Of a stretch of DNA of 64,000 bases, positions 51,324 to 64,000 are shown one piece after another. The DNA comes from Balanoglossus misakiensis (lineage: Eukaryota > Animalia > Hemichordata). The notes beneath the pieces were generated by a model, which was given only the letters and a program-made list of their open reading frames with translations, searched no databases and was not told where the DNA came from. Each line of letters begins with the position of its first letter. The stretch's first letter is position 1. Position numbers and translations under genes: made by a program. The stretch lies in contig CM082594.2 in assembly GCA_040954595.2 (NCBI GenBank), forward strand, positions 1,320,247-1,384,246, written 5' to 3'.

Positions 51324-52563
51324 GCTTTCAGAAAAACATTGTCTCGAAAATTCCCCCGGGGGGGGGGGGGGGGGGGAGGTAAACCCCTACTGGCTCATGG
51401 TCTATAAGCGCAAGTCCGATCGACCCGTTGTCGACTCGGACGGTGAGACAGAAGCTCCACCCAGGAGTGATGAGGTGACTGCGAAGGCGGGCGACCAGCA
51501 AGTACCCCGACAGAAGATCGTTACCAAACCAGAGTATGCGTTTTAGATTAGATAGAAACCTAATGTCTGGCTTTTCAATTTTCAAAAGTCGGTCGAACAT
51601 TCGAGATATTATCGATCGAAAAGTGTCACTCGTCCTGGGGACGTGCGTTACCGACGTAAAATGGCGTTTGGGCGATGTCGCAAATTTCTCTCTGAAAGGT
51701 ATACATAGGACATACTGTTTCATGAAAAAAAAATCATAGCAAATATAACAGTGATGCACATGAACAACGTCCACCATGACTGGGAGGAGCTGAGCTGAGC
51801 TCACGCATAGTTTCATACACATACACAACCCGGCGATCGAACACGGCACTTCCGGTCACCAGATTCGCAATGGTTTTGTATACGGATTTGTTGTATTTTT
51901 CCGTTTTTTATTCATGATTAATCCAACACTTTTCAAGACACATTCTAAGCAAAAATGAAAATTATTGACTACACTTCGATGGCACTCTCTGCTCCGTAGA
52001 ACAAAGTGTCCCCCCTGTCCCCCCTTTTTGGTAACGCACGTCGCCAGACTCCATGAGAGCGATTGCATACCCTTCCTTACATCAGTACATGCACTGTATA
52101 CGAACGCGTCTGTCCTGGCTAGCAACGGAGTCGTACGATCGTCTGCCGCGCGCGCTGGGCCGGGCGCGTGCGCGCGTGCGGTTGTAGATTGCTCCATCAC
52201 TTCCGCGGAACGCGGCGCTAGTGCGTTCGCTCGCATATTTTGCAAGTCCGGCGCTAGTGCGTTCGCTCGCATATTTTGCAAGTCCAGCTGTAGCTAGGCC
52301 GTTCGTGAGTGTAGTTCTCGTTCACATAAAAAAAAACACGAAATAATTTATTGTGTGTTCGTTTAGGCCTATGCTAAATTATCCATACACTTTATTGTTC
52401 CATGACGCCCGTGGTCTAGCTAGCCCCACACCCTCTAGCGAATGAAGTAAATAAACATCATGAAAGAGATAGTGTTGGTCCCCCCCCCCACGCATTAGTA
52501 CATACAAGGTAGCGAATTTTTGTGTTACATGTATCAGCAAAAAGCCCTACTTGTTGTCATCTA

Positions 52564-52746
52564 AATGGTTTCTGCGTGCATAAATTATAGAGCTGACATC
52601 AATGGTTTCTGCGTGCATAAATTATAGAGCTGACATCAATGGTTTCTGCGTGCATAAATTATAGAGCTGACATCAATGGTTTCTGCGTGCATAAATTATA
52701 GAGCTGACATTAATGGTTTCTGCGTGCATAAATTATAGAGCTGACA
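52564..52746. repeat. Minisatellite, 37-bp unit x5
   Basis: AATGGTTTCTGCGTGCATAAATTATAGAGCTGACATC with period 37 (starts 52564, 52601 and so on). Confidence 0.95.
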
Positions 52747-53025
52747 CGTGCCCAATCCAGTTTGTGGTTCGGGTTACCGCACGTACGTAGGCCTACATCA
52801 CTGTACGATACTGCTACAGCATGTAAAGCGCCTACAGATCGGAGTCCTAGCCTCGCCCGTTCTGTTTTCTTTCAATGTTTTTTTTTTTTTTTTTGCGTGC
52901 ATGTCACACAAAAGTTACATAATCTTTGTGTGCATGCATCACAGTTTTACAAGAAGCTTACAATTAAACGATGGTCAATAAATATTAGCTCATGATATTT
53001 TTATCTGACTGTATTTTCATTTTGG

Positions 53026-55202
53026 ATGTACAGAACTACCTCTGATGCGAGATTGCTGGTTAACCCTGACAGTGTAAAGGAATGGACAGATGATCTGAAC
53101 CTTTTACCAGATGTTGAACTTCCAAGGGTTATTATGTTTTTATTTTCCAATGGGTGGTCTAAGTCAATGATCAATAATTACAAATTATCAGATGGATGGA
53201 AACTACATAATGATGGCCATGTCAATAAAGTAAGTTTCTACTTGTATCTTGTTTTCCCATTTTTGCTTGAATCTCAGAATGTATATAGAAAAATAGTTTG
53301 AGTACAGTTTGCTTTACATGTAAATGCTTGTACACTATAGTTGTAGTGAATCTCCTGTGTGGGCTCATTGGCTTTGAGTCCCTTGTGCACACATCAAGCA
53401 ATGATGATAGCCTGACGAATTCTTTGCTTCATATGATCATTGATGTGTAGGAATAATGTAGAACATTATATATGGGTTAACCCACATTGCTAGCGCTGAG
53501 CTGGACCCAGTTTTAATCCAAGTTCTTATATGCATTGCATCATAATTTGACCAACTTTTTTTTCCTTCTTGACAACTTCACTTGTGTTAGGTACAAATGT
53601 ACAAGATCGATGACAGATTTATATATGTAAGAGGAGTGTGTGTCAGAGAAACTGAACAACAAGCTCTGTACAAGTTATGGGTGATTTTAGAGGAAGCAAA
53701 TATCATGTCGTCATCTTGTGAATGCCCTGCGTAAGTAGCAACTAAATACAATTTCACACATTTATAACCAAAGTACGAATATGATGCATCCCGGTAATCA
53801 TTTTTTTTTCAAACTTACTATCAGGCAATATCATTTTATAGACAGTTAGCTGAATCAATTCATTGATGAAAACTGCATTTCTTGTCACAGGGATGACCAG
53901 GCGTGCAAACATGTTGCCGCCATGTTGTTTGGCTTATGGTCGTTTGGCGAGCGACACCAGGACAGAAACACTAGCACTGTGGTTGGGACTGATGTCCAGT
54001 GTCAATGGGACCGCCCCAAAAAGTCTGTGGTACCACAGCTCCTGGACGACATCGATGTTAGAAAAAAGAGGAGCTCTCAACTGACACAACCAACAGTTAG
54101 CATGTACAAGCCTGCAACAATGCCAGATGACCTTGAAAAAAAGGTAAGAATTAGGACCATGTAGCACCACGCCAGTCATATGAGCCTGGCATGAGTAGTT
54201 GTTACACATATGATTTACATTGCATGGCCTGTATTTCCCATGATGCCCGGTGATGATCAAGCCTCGCTTCTGTAGTTTTGCTGACTCGTGTTGTGCATGC
54301 ATTAAAGTTGTTCTTTGAGTCAACCTGTTGTGTACTTCACTGATGGACCCGACACTACAGACAACATATTTATATTTTGTTTCAGATGGAAACGTGTGTG
54401 TGAAATAGATTCACTTGCCAGCCGCTACTTGTCAGACAGTGACTCTGAAAGTGATGACGCTCATTTACCAACATTTACAGAAATTTGCAGGAAACATAAA
54501 TTAAATGGGGGGATTGAATCACTTGCGTCAGAATATACCCAGGATCTATGTAATTTAATTGAGGAAAGCACCAGGGGTCAAGCAACCAATCAAGGGTGGG
54601 TTAATCAGAGGGTTGGGAGAATTACCGCCAGTTTAGCTTATAAAATTGTTCATGTTAAAAATCAATCATCCAATCATTCAATTCTTAAATCCATTCTTAA
54701 TTGTAATCACTTCTCAGGAAATTTTCACACTGAATATGGCATAGAAAAAGAAAATGTTGCTAGAAGTTTATATTTTATAGAAAATGAAAAAACGCATAAA
54801 AATTTTAAAATAAGGGAAACAGGGTTATTTGTTGACCCAGGTCAACCACATTTTGGGGCAAGCCCAGATGGCATGGTTGAATGTCAGTGTCATGGGAGGG
54901 GGGTAATAGAAATTAAATGCCCAAGCACTGGTGCCGAGTGTGATTTACAAGAATACGTGAAACTGAAAAATAATGTCAGCATGGACCAAAACAAAAATAT
55001 TCATCTCGAATCTGGTCCATGGCTGACCCAAATTCAAATGCAGATGGCAATAGCCAGGGTGGAATACTGTGATTTTGTTTTGTATTTAGGAAAGCATCCA
55101 TATGTTCATGTAGAGAGAATATACCGTGATAAAGAATTCTGGGATTTGTTAAGCACCAGATTGACAGATATATTCCTTTCTTGGGTGTTTCCAAACATTT
55201 AA
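53026..55202 (+). CDS. SWIM zinc finger + YqaJ-like (lambda exonuclease family) nuclease, 4 exons
   Basis: Exons 53026-53229, 53591-53730, 53891-54143 and ~54386-55202. SWIM CECPA-DDQACKH is split across intron 2. YqaJ motifs WVNQRVGRITAS, GASPDG, IEIKCP, QIQMQM..CDFV. The exon 3/4 phase is off by one in an A-run. Confidence 0.85.
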
Positions 55203-55471
55203 AGAGAAATTTGTTGCCACTGTAAATTTTTGAGTGTTGTGTTTTGAATCCGGTAATAAATAACAGTTTTACCCCACATGAATTATGACATTCATTTCTC
55301 TGAGTGGTTTCTGGGGAAAAAGACAGCAATACAATCTTTTCCATGAGAAAATTTATTTTAGGGGACAATTATGCTGTAAATGAAAAAAAGAAAAAGCGCA
55401 AAACAATAATTTTCTTGATATATTATATTTATTTGCATTTCTGTCATTTTGTTGCACCAGAATTGCGAATG

Positions 55472-58400
55472 TTAATTCTTCACAAGTGGTTCATAAAGAT
55501 TGCACAGTGCTGCTGCAACTATCAACATCTGATTGGTAACAGGTTTTAAGAGACAATGGTATGATTTGAGATAAAAGGGAATTTTTTTTTATTCTTTCAA
55601 TGGCTCTCTCAACATGGATTCTCAATCTGGCAATATCACGAGTTTTCACAATTTCTTTCAAACTAAGATGTTTACCCTTTCCCCATGAACATTTGCGTGT
55701 GAACGGTGGAATTGCAAGATCTGCATGCCTTTTCAAACATAAATCCCTTATCAAAAAACCCCTATCAGCCATGACCAAGTCCCCCCTTTCAAGCAAATCA
55801 ATTATACCACATTCCTTAGTAATGTGTCGATCAGATGCATTCCCACCCCACAACTTTGAAACAAAACTGATGAACCCATCTGGTGTTATACCTATAAGAG
55901 CTTTACATGTATTTCGTGATTTGTAATTAGAGTATGTTATATATTGTGCTTTGGGCATTGATGGTTTTTGTATATAAAATTCTGTGCAATCAATGATTAC
56001 TCTGGTCGTTCTATACTTTGACTTAAAACTACGAGGCAAGTTTTTCGACACACGTCTCCTGGATGGCCATTTCAGAAGAGGAGACATAGCTGACGACAAT
56101 ACATTAATCCATGTTATGAACACCTGGGACACTCGAGTGGTTGATGTACCAAACATGTCAGCTAAAATAAACAAAGACAATCCCACCCGTAGCCTCATGA
56201 GTGTCCACATAAACTCCTGAAAAGGACTGAGTTTTCGCTGTCTTCCTCGTTTCCTGGGTATGGTTCCTCCATTGTTCTCTTCCCTGAAAATTGGCCAGCA
56301 ATAAATCATTATGTTGGGATAAAAGCAAGTGATGAGTGAAACAAAGTTCATGAAGGTACACCATCCCTATCCTAGCGAAGAGTTTCTGATGGACAAATGG
56401 TCAGAAAAACATGCATGAATAGAGCCCAGCAAGTTATCCATCATCTTAAAGGGCTGCAAACAATTTACATATGCCAATATATGGTTAGAGGAGTGTCTAA
56501 ATAATAGATAAACTTTTCGCAAAGTCACCTAGGGAAAATATGTCATTGGCTAGATACATGCACAATGATATGGTCAAACACTATCTCTTTCTGACACAGA
56601 ATCAAGTAACAAATGATTGAGAAATAACAAAAAAAATGGAAATATTACCTGAGACTAGGTTTTCCTTGCCAGTATTTTATATTTGTTGATGACGATGCAA
56701 TATCAAAAACATCAGTAAGTTGGCTTCTTGATTTTATACCTACAGTATGTAATAAGAAATTATCTAATTATCAGATTTCACGACAAAATAAAAAATTCAC
56801 AAGTTCATGGCACACAACTCATTGGCCTCTATCACTATTCCAAGCTTTAGCCCGGTAGCTGCTATGGTTTTCCAGATTGACCATAGGCCCTTTAGGCACG
56901 GGCCCCTAAAAAACACTACAAATACAGACAGCAGATATACCACTCTTCACTGTAAAATGAGGAAAACAGTGAAGTCATTGCCAAGTCTAAGCTTTTTTCC
57001 AATATGTACCATATACATGATTTCCATTGCTTACCTGTGTATTTCATGCAGCTTTTATCACTTTTCAGCAAACAATCCACAGTTAAATCGCGCCGTAATT
57101 TATCTTTATCACTCAAGACATTCTCCAGTTCATTTACCCTTTTTTGTAAAAATATATTGATTTCTTGGGCTTGCTGCAGATGTGACCCTTGAACAAAAAA
57201 TTAAAAATTTGTTAATTTTAAGTTCCATTAGCTGTAACTCTTTTCTATGTTTAAGCAAAATGTACATGTACAACAATTTACTTCCTGAAGAGGATATGAT
57301 CATTTATTTGTACAACAACAGTGATAATAAGGTTGTATAAAATATCCTTTTTTAAAACAGACAAATTTATATAAAAATATTGACAACGAATTAAAAGAAA
57401 ATATCAATAATCATCTATAAAAATGAGCTTTGAGTGTTAAAGACAATTAATACTATACTTTACCTGTAATATCTGTTTGGGTAGCAACAGACACACCAGA
57501 ACTATTTTCATTCAGATCAGTTCTACAGTAGGCATGATCATCACTTGGAGGATTGGTGATATCAAAGACTGCATCTATGGTAAAGTTTGACAAAATGATC
57601 AGAACCATATATTATCGTTGACATATTCCTTTCACGAAACTACAGTCATTTGGCCAATGTTTAGGTCCAAAAACTGAAGGTCACAACAAGACCAAGTACA
57701 TTTCAATTCGAACGAACGAAAGCGATGCTATCATCATTATCATGCGCCGGTGTTGTGCCAAATTCGGCCCCTTGCCGAATACGTCCCCGCGCATGCCTTG
57801 ACAAACAAACCATGGCTTCTAAGGGATAAGATCGGCAGGTAAAGCTGCTGATTTCAGCCCCGTTGCCCCAACTAAAGTCATGTTAACTATTGAAAGCTAA
57901 AAGTGATGGTTTCGGCCTAAATGGGTGAATATCTGCCCATGGCCCTGATTTGTTGGTGGAATGAAATTAAATCCTTGCGGTAATGCAATGTCCAAGTTTA
58001 CAGTGCAGTACAATGTACATTCATGCACAGCCTTACATGCACGTTGGATGGCAAAACTTTCACACAAGAAAATGCAATATTTCAGACACATGTTACTGAT
58101 GACCCGAGCATGCGCGGGACGTATTCGGCATGGGGCCGAATTCGGCACAACACCGGCATGCATTGAACACATGGCGGCGTAGACGCGCTGATTATCACAC
58201 GCGTAGACGCGCACAAGCGCGCTGTTGATATCACCGTGGTTTTGGCATCCGCGTTTGTGAATGGTGACCAGTTTTCGTTAGGTTACAAGAGACAATACAT
58301 TTTTCTCTTCAAATTATCAGCGTTTTCATATCCTAGCAATATTCATGCCGACAGAAAGAAAGTACGGCAAACGAGAAACTTTTGTCAATGACCAGATCGG

Positions 58401-59011
58401 TGATCGTAAATGTTTTAGTACGTTGTGATAACGAAAAGTACATGAGACAACCACTGGTATTTTCACACGTCATTTGACGGGTGCACATGGACGTTCAAAG
58501 CGGTATACATGTAGTACTTACATTTGGTGGACACAGACGGGTGACACGTTTGGCTTCCGAGGCAGCAGTCAGCAGAAACTCCAGACGTGGGTCGGCAACT
58601 GGTCGCAAAATCTACCGTCTGCTCAGCGGCGGCCTGTACCGTGTGTACCGGTACATCGTAAATCCGTTGGCGTTGCTGCCACAGGTTTCGTGGACGTAAT
58701 GATTCTGATGAATTCCGTTGCCCCCAGTCATTATATGCAAATTTATGTGGGACGATGTTGTGCTTCCAGTCACCCGTTGACGGAACATTATGTTCATCGA
58801 AATGGCGTGAACATAACCTTGAAAACTTGTTGGGAATCCAAGATGGTTCCCGGTGGCACGCTGATATCCACTTTCGGCGAATATTATTCTGGTAAATTCG
58901 ATGCGGAAATGCGTGGAAAGTCACTCCTGACATCAACGGGTACTTATCTAAATTACGCAACTTCCGTGTATGGGATTTGCAACCCGTAACTGCGCATTGA
59001 AACTCGGGCAT
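55472..59011 (-). CDS. THAP-domain DDE_Tnp_4 (Harbinger/ISL2EU-like) transposase, 5 exons, frameshift near the C-terminus
   Basis: Exons 59011-58522 (THAP: CAVTGC..FHAFP..W..RLCSRHF..VP), 57574-57464 (DHAYC), ~57188-57034 (..CMKYTG), ~56740-56649 and ~56283-55472 (LMRLRVGL, IIDCTE, MADRGF, RIHVERAI). The expected ending NQMLIVAAALCNLYEPLVKN* lies in a shifted frame. Confidence 0.88.
57751..58152. mobile_element. Ginger1-like MITE in the first transposase intron
   Basis: ~45-bp TIR beginning TGT and ending ACA (TGTTGTGCCAAATTCGGCCCC / GGGGCCGAATTCGGCACAACA), flanked by CCGG on both sides. TG..CA ends with a CCGG-biased 4-bp duplication are described for Ginger1. Confidence 0.7.
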
Positions 59012-59116
59012 TATCCTAGCAACCGCAGGTCACTTTGTAAACAATACAGTCGGAAAGTGTCCTACCCTTCAAGCGGTAGGACAAACATTTCGCACACTGC
59101 GCAAGCGCACTAGATC

Positions 59117-59132
59117 AACTCTCGCGAGAGTT
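59117..59132. promoter_or_regulatory. Perfect 16-bp palindrome containing the TCTCGCGAGA promoter motif
   Basis: AACTCTCGCGAGAGTT lies ~105 bp upstream of the transposase ATG. Confidence 0.55.
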
Positions 59133-60133
59133 AGTTATTCGGGAATCAGGAATTCTACCGCTGGCTGCGCTGTCGCAGTGACCTTAAGCCAGGTCAAATT
59201 TGAGCTAAAAGACAAGTTCCGTCGACATACTCATGAATATTTCTTGGTTTCTTCGCGTATAAACTCGGGAATATTATGCCCCTGAAGCCTGGGCTGGCTT
59301 TGATGCACGTTATCGAGTATTAATCAGTCAAAGACCCACGGTAGCAAAGTAGGTAATTGTCTTTTTTTTCACGCGGATCCTTTGGTCATATATTCTGCAT
59401 GCCTACAGCCCCACATTCGCTGATATTGCCATCTTTCTCGATAGTTATTATAATATTTAGCTAGAGACGGCCTTGTATACTCTGAATTTTAGACTAGGAA
59501 TGACTCAGCTGGCATATCGTACCACTTTTTCTGTGACATTGCCGACCGGCCCGGCGCAACTACCGAGAAAGGGTACGGGTGTGCTCGTGGGAATTGTCAA
59601 CTACCCGTTCATCGTTCGACTGCTCAACACAGATCATTGATAACACAATGTCACATTTCGAACTAATTTTGGAATTCTGGATAAATTTTCCAAATATCCT
59701 GTTAATCTGGGATTTTCTTCCGTCACCTTGATGCAACTGTATCAGAATTTGTCTTTTAAGTTTTAAATTCACACCAACAAAACAACAACAGCCATTTCCT
59801 GGAAATTGTCATGTTTTCTCTAAAAAAATTAAGCTGAACTTTTTTATTGAAAGGAAACGTTCAGCAGATTTTTTTCTCCCCAAAATTCAGGTGAATTTTT
59901 CACAGATTCTTTTTTCCCAGAAATTCTGCCTAAATCTACACTAATCACACACTTATTGGAAAGGTGTAACACAAATTATAGACTTTACAAACAAAAATCT
60001 AATGTTATACATTTATGAACCTCTTATTCACCAATATTAAATGTTTTAAAAGAGGAAGGGTATTATTCTCGGACTGGAATTTCGAAATTAGTTTGGAACA
60101 TGTTTGATGTGTTATAAATTGGTTTATTTTCAG

Positions 60134-60993
60134 ATTTTATGGTGGGCACTTGACAGTAATTGAGGGTTATTCTGAAAATCTTTATGCTGGAGCAGAGATT
60201 GTAAACCAGATTGAAGAGACTTCCAATGAAACAGCGAACCATGGTTGTATTGGTGAGTGTGTCTTTGAACAGTGTTTCTCAGTGTTCCCAAATAATTTGT
60301 GGGTGTATCAAGTGTAAAAAATAACTGGTTTTGGAATTTGACAGTTTACAAGTGAGCACTGCATAGTAACACTTGAATGATAATTGTCTCAAGATGGTAA
60401 TTGAAAAGCCTATTTTTTACATCTCAATCACCTCACAAAATATTGCCAAGTGACTCTGTATGCAGTTTTTCATCCAGACGGAGGGATGGGGGAATTCGCC
60501 CACTGTCAGCATATTGGCACCCCCTAGAAATTTGTCAAGGGGGAAATGGTGCCCGTTACAGACTCAGCGATGTCACTCATTCCCCTCCTTGCAAGAGTGC
60601 AACTATTCTTGCAAAGGGGGACATATCCCCCCATCCTGGATGAAACACTGCTGTATGCATCTTCTTTCTTTATTTCCATTTTATAGGATTTAGTGGACCC
60701 AATCCAGGTGGCAGTGTGGAATATGATTTTTCAGATGGCAGGAAAGGTAGTGTCTTTGATGGTCGATGGGCAGACACAGAACCTGATGCCTCCACTGGGC
60801 AATGTGTGAGGTTAAAGTAAACCTCTTTGAAAATAATTACCCATGGTATCATGCAAGATGTGATGATGTCAGTCCGTCAATGTGTGAAGTAGCAGCTTGT
60901 GCTGAGGGTAAGTCTGATTCAAATCAACTAGAATCTGCCCTTACTAGCATCAGGTCTTTACTTTTCTCACACTGCTGTGGTCACTTCCCTACA

Positions 60994-61024
<31 letters not shown>

Positions 61025-63909
61025 CAAAAGGGAGGGAGGGAGAGGTTGGGAGGGGAGAGTGAGAGGGGAGTGGGAGATCGAGGGGAGGGGGAGATCGAGG
61101 GGAGGGTGGGAGAAAGGGAGGGAGGGGAGAGGGGAGGGAGGGGGGGTAAGAGAAAGGGAGAGGGAGGGAGGGGAGAGAGAGGGGAGGGAGGATCGAGGGG
61201 AGAGGGAGGGAGAGGGGGAGGGAGAGAGCTAGAGAGGGAGGGGGGAGGGAGAGGGGGTGGGAGGGAGAGAGTGAGAGAGTCCCCTAAGCCATACAAGATA
61301 TACATGTGATAGGATATTAAACTTTAAACATCTAGACTTGGAAGAGCTCACCACTAAAAGTTAAACAAAGGGGATCAGATGAGATCATGTCTCCTGCGGT
61401 GCAGAATGGTGTTATATTTGAAATTCAAAACGGAGGAGAGTTACTTCATTCTGGCCAGTAATTTTGTCGCTAGATAATTCCACTCATTAATTGAATTGTT
61501 ATCTTTAAATTATACTTTTAGACTATTTATGTGAAACAGGTTTTCATGCTTTTTTGTTAAAGCAGTTTTACTTTTGGCAGAGATACAATATTGATCGTGT
61601 GATATTGTTCATAAACTTAAAAGCTTATGGGTTTGATACAAAAACTTTCATGTCCTTTCCTACATACAGAAAATTAATAAGATATATTAGTATTATGACA
61701 AAAGTTAAAAAAATATCCATCAATGTAAATGTTATCTTTATTTTTTAAATAATTTTTGTTCAGGTGACTTTCGATGCTCCAATGTTAATTGTATAAATCC
61801 TGACTGGGTTTGTGATGGTACAGTTGACTGTGGTGATGGTGATTTCTCTGATGAGATTGGATGTGCAGGTATGTTTTTGGCAAGTGGTCTGAAACAATCA
61901 TATTCTCTACGCTCACCTCAACATCATTGCAAAGTGGGCCCAGGCGATGACCAAGTTTCCTAAATGTGTGGTATAGTGTAGTTTTGGCTTGAAGTCATTA
62001 TACAAAAGAATCTTGTAAATATGCGTGACAACTGATATGTGCCAACCTCAAACTACCAGACCATAATTATTTGTACATCTCCTTTGCAACTACAGACTAC
62101 TTTTGAACTGTCAGCAGAAATTCTGATCCTCAAAGAATTTCGTACTGTAAAACAGGAAATTTTCGCGAGCTATAAATATTTCGCGAACTATGCGAGAGCC
62201 AAAAAACACGAAAATAAACAAGTTGTGTAAAAATGTTTTTCGAAGATAACAATGCAGTGAAAAATGAGAATTTGAAAATTAATCATCGCATAAAAGTTGT
62301 CACTTTTGATATCACGAAAAATTTCCTGTTTTACAGTATTTCATAATTATAAATCAGAAACAAAACTGGGTCAAGTATTTTAAGAATCTGGCATCTTTCA
62401 CACTGATAGTTTGAGCTTAGAGAATAATAATATGCTGTTCTTGGAATTTTCGGGTGTGATAAATGTCGTTTCAAAATTTTACATTTGATTTATACTAATA
62501 TAAAATTTGTTTTATACATGTACATTGGATACTCACTGTTGGTGAAGTAATTTTATCATCAATGAAATTTCTTCAACTTGAAGAGCTGAAGCTTTATGAC
62601 CATTCATCTCACAAATAAACCCTTTCTTTTTATTTTGATGATGTTCAGGAACATGTGGTGGTTTGGAAACTGGTGTCTCAGGGACCTTTCACAGCACTGG
62701 ATACCCAGATGATAATTATTACATTCTACAAGAATGTATTTGGACAATCCAGGGACCTGCAACATCCAGAATAAATTTTGAGGTACAGTAAAACTTGTCT
62801 AATCTGGAAACCTGCCTATACAGAACACCTTTTCCCATCCATTCGTCGTACAAACACAATTTTAAAGGAACCTCTATGAAATAAACTGGACACCTGTATT
62901 AAAAAGTTTCTTCCTTATAACAAACTATCTATAACTTCAGGCTAGTTTATCAGTATTTTTGTTTTGTGTATAAAACACATTTCCTGTCCTTATGAGTAAC
63001 CCATCACACCCCTGCAGCTCTCTGCTTGTCAACAAGTCATGTGTATGTACTGACCATTGTTATTATTTACAAATGTTTTCAAACAACAACAATGCCGATT
63101 GTGCACTCATAGATTTCAATGAGAAGATTAAGACTATGGATTTAACTCTGCCCTGGGGAGCTGAACAAGAAACTATGGTTGATACACAGAATAGAAATAC
63201 TGAAAAATGCAAGAAGTTACAGCTAATGGGGCTTAAGTCATGAATCTGTGTTTATTTCATGTATATTGGCTTGAGACAGCTCACTATGTATGATGTGTGT
63301 TGTAACATTTTGTTTTTATTCTTTTCAGTTTCCGTATTTTGACAGTGAACTTTATCATGATACTGTTGTCATTGTCGATGGGTCTGTGTTTGACCAATCC
63401 AAAGTTCTTGCAACATATAGTGGACCGGACCAGCCTGATGAAGTTATTAGCAGTGGTAATGCAATGTTGGTGAAATTTCTCTCAGATAGTTCGCATACTG
63501 CTACTGGCTTTGAAGCATCTTGGCAAGCAGGTAATACTAAGTTTTGTACATGTACATACTTTAAAACGAGAAATTAATGCTCTGTGTTTACCTTAGGCAA
63601 ATACTGTCTCTGAAACGTTTCAAATTTTACCCTGTGTGAACCAGGTATAACATTATAGATTGCACGTGTAGGCAATATTGGCCCTACCTTGACTGTGATC
63701 TTGCTGATGTTCTGTTTGTGAGGTGTGTATGTTAAGATGACTTTTTCTTTCTTCCAGTATATTCTTTGTGTGGTGGGAATTTCATAGCACAGTCATATAA
63801 ACAGAATCTCAGCAGTACAGAATATTTTGAAGGCAAGAATTATCTCAACAATGAAGATTGTAACTGGCAGCTAGCATCATTCACAACACAATTTGTTGTC
63901 ACCTTACAG
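60134..63909 (+). CDS. Partial multi-exon extracellular protein: C-type lectin - LDLa - CUB - CUB (Uninflatable-like N-terminal architecture); one frameshift
   Basis: AG/GT-bounded exons 60134-60252 and 60687-60907 (lectin: GGHLTVIE..W..EPD..CV..W..C..CE), 61764-61868 (LDLa: FRCSNVNCINPDWVCDGTVDCGDGDFSDEIGC), 62649-62782 and 63329-63530 (CUB1), 63758-63909 (start of CUB2). Continues beyond the window. Confidence 0.88.
60997..61278. repeat. (GA)n and G/A-rich low-complexity tract in an intron
   Basis: Seen directly in the sequence. Confidence 0.95.
62145..62336. mobile_element. Tc1/mariner/pogo-type MITE
   Basis: TIR CTGTAAAACAGGAAATTTT / AAAATTTCCTGTTTTACAG flanked by TA on both sides. Confidence 0.8.
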
Positions 63910-64000
63910 GTAAATAGGAGACTACATGTAGATGAACTCATTTTTTTACTCTTTTTAACAATTCATTTCATGTTATTAGTGGATTCAGATGCAATTAATC

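Larger units (their letters stand above)
52180..59165. mobile_element. ISL2EU-type (PIF/Harbinger-ISL2EU group) DNA transposon with two convergent genes; ends uncertain
   Basis: A THAP + HTH + DDE_Tnp_4 transposase (minus) converges on a SWIM + YqaJ exonuclease gene (plus), the known ISL2EU gene pair. Only weak inverted similarity (GTAGA.., CTAGTGCG) marks possible ends. Confidence 0.75.

Noticed and set aside
60967-61309. Pro-rich and Gly/Glu/Arg-rich ORFs
   Set aside because: They are translations of an intronic GA-rich low-complexity tract.

Overview
AT-rich eukaryotic DNA with GT-AG introns, probably from a marine invertebrate (inference only), and mostly made of mobile elements. In order: a Crypton-type tyrosine-recombinase element with a premature stop and a long 3' palindrome (~54-2493); LINE fragments; a ~8.7-kb nest of Helentron-associated (HINE/DINE-like) elements holding a Harbinger-type MITE and a 4-kb foldback element; a decayed CR1/L2-group LINE; a 6.4-kb array of an 86-bp satellite; a large inverted duplication (~29560-35283 vs ~41673-46780) whose arms each carry a small, unannotated three-exon transcription unit with conserved exons and two tandem covarying RNA hairpins; a second foldback element; an ISL2EU/Harbinger-group transposon (THAP-DDE transposase converging on a SWIM-YqaJ exonuclease gene); and six exons of a C-type lectin-LDLa-CUB-CUB (Uninflatable-like) host gene carrying one frameshift. 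No rRNA, tRNA or CRISPR array is supported. All coordinates and alignments were read by eye and no database searches were run.
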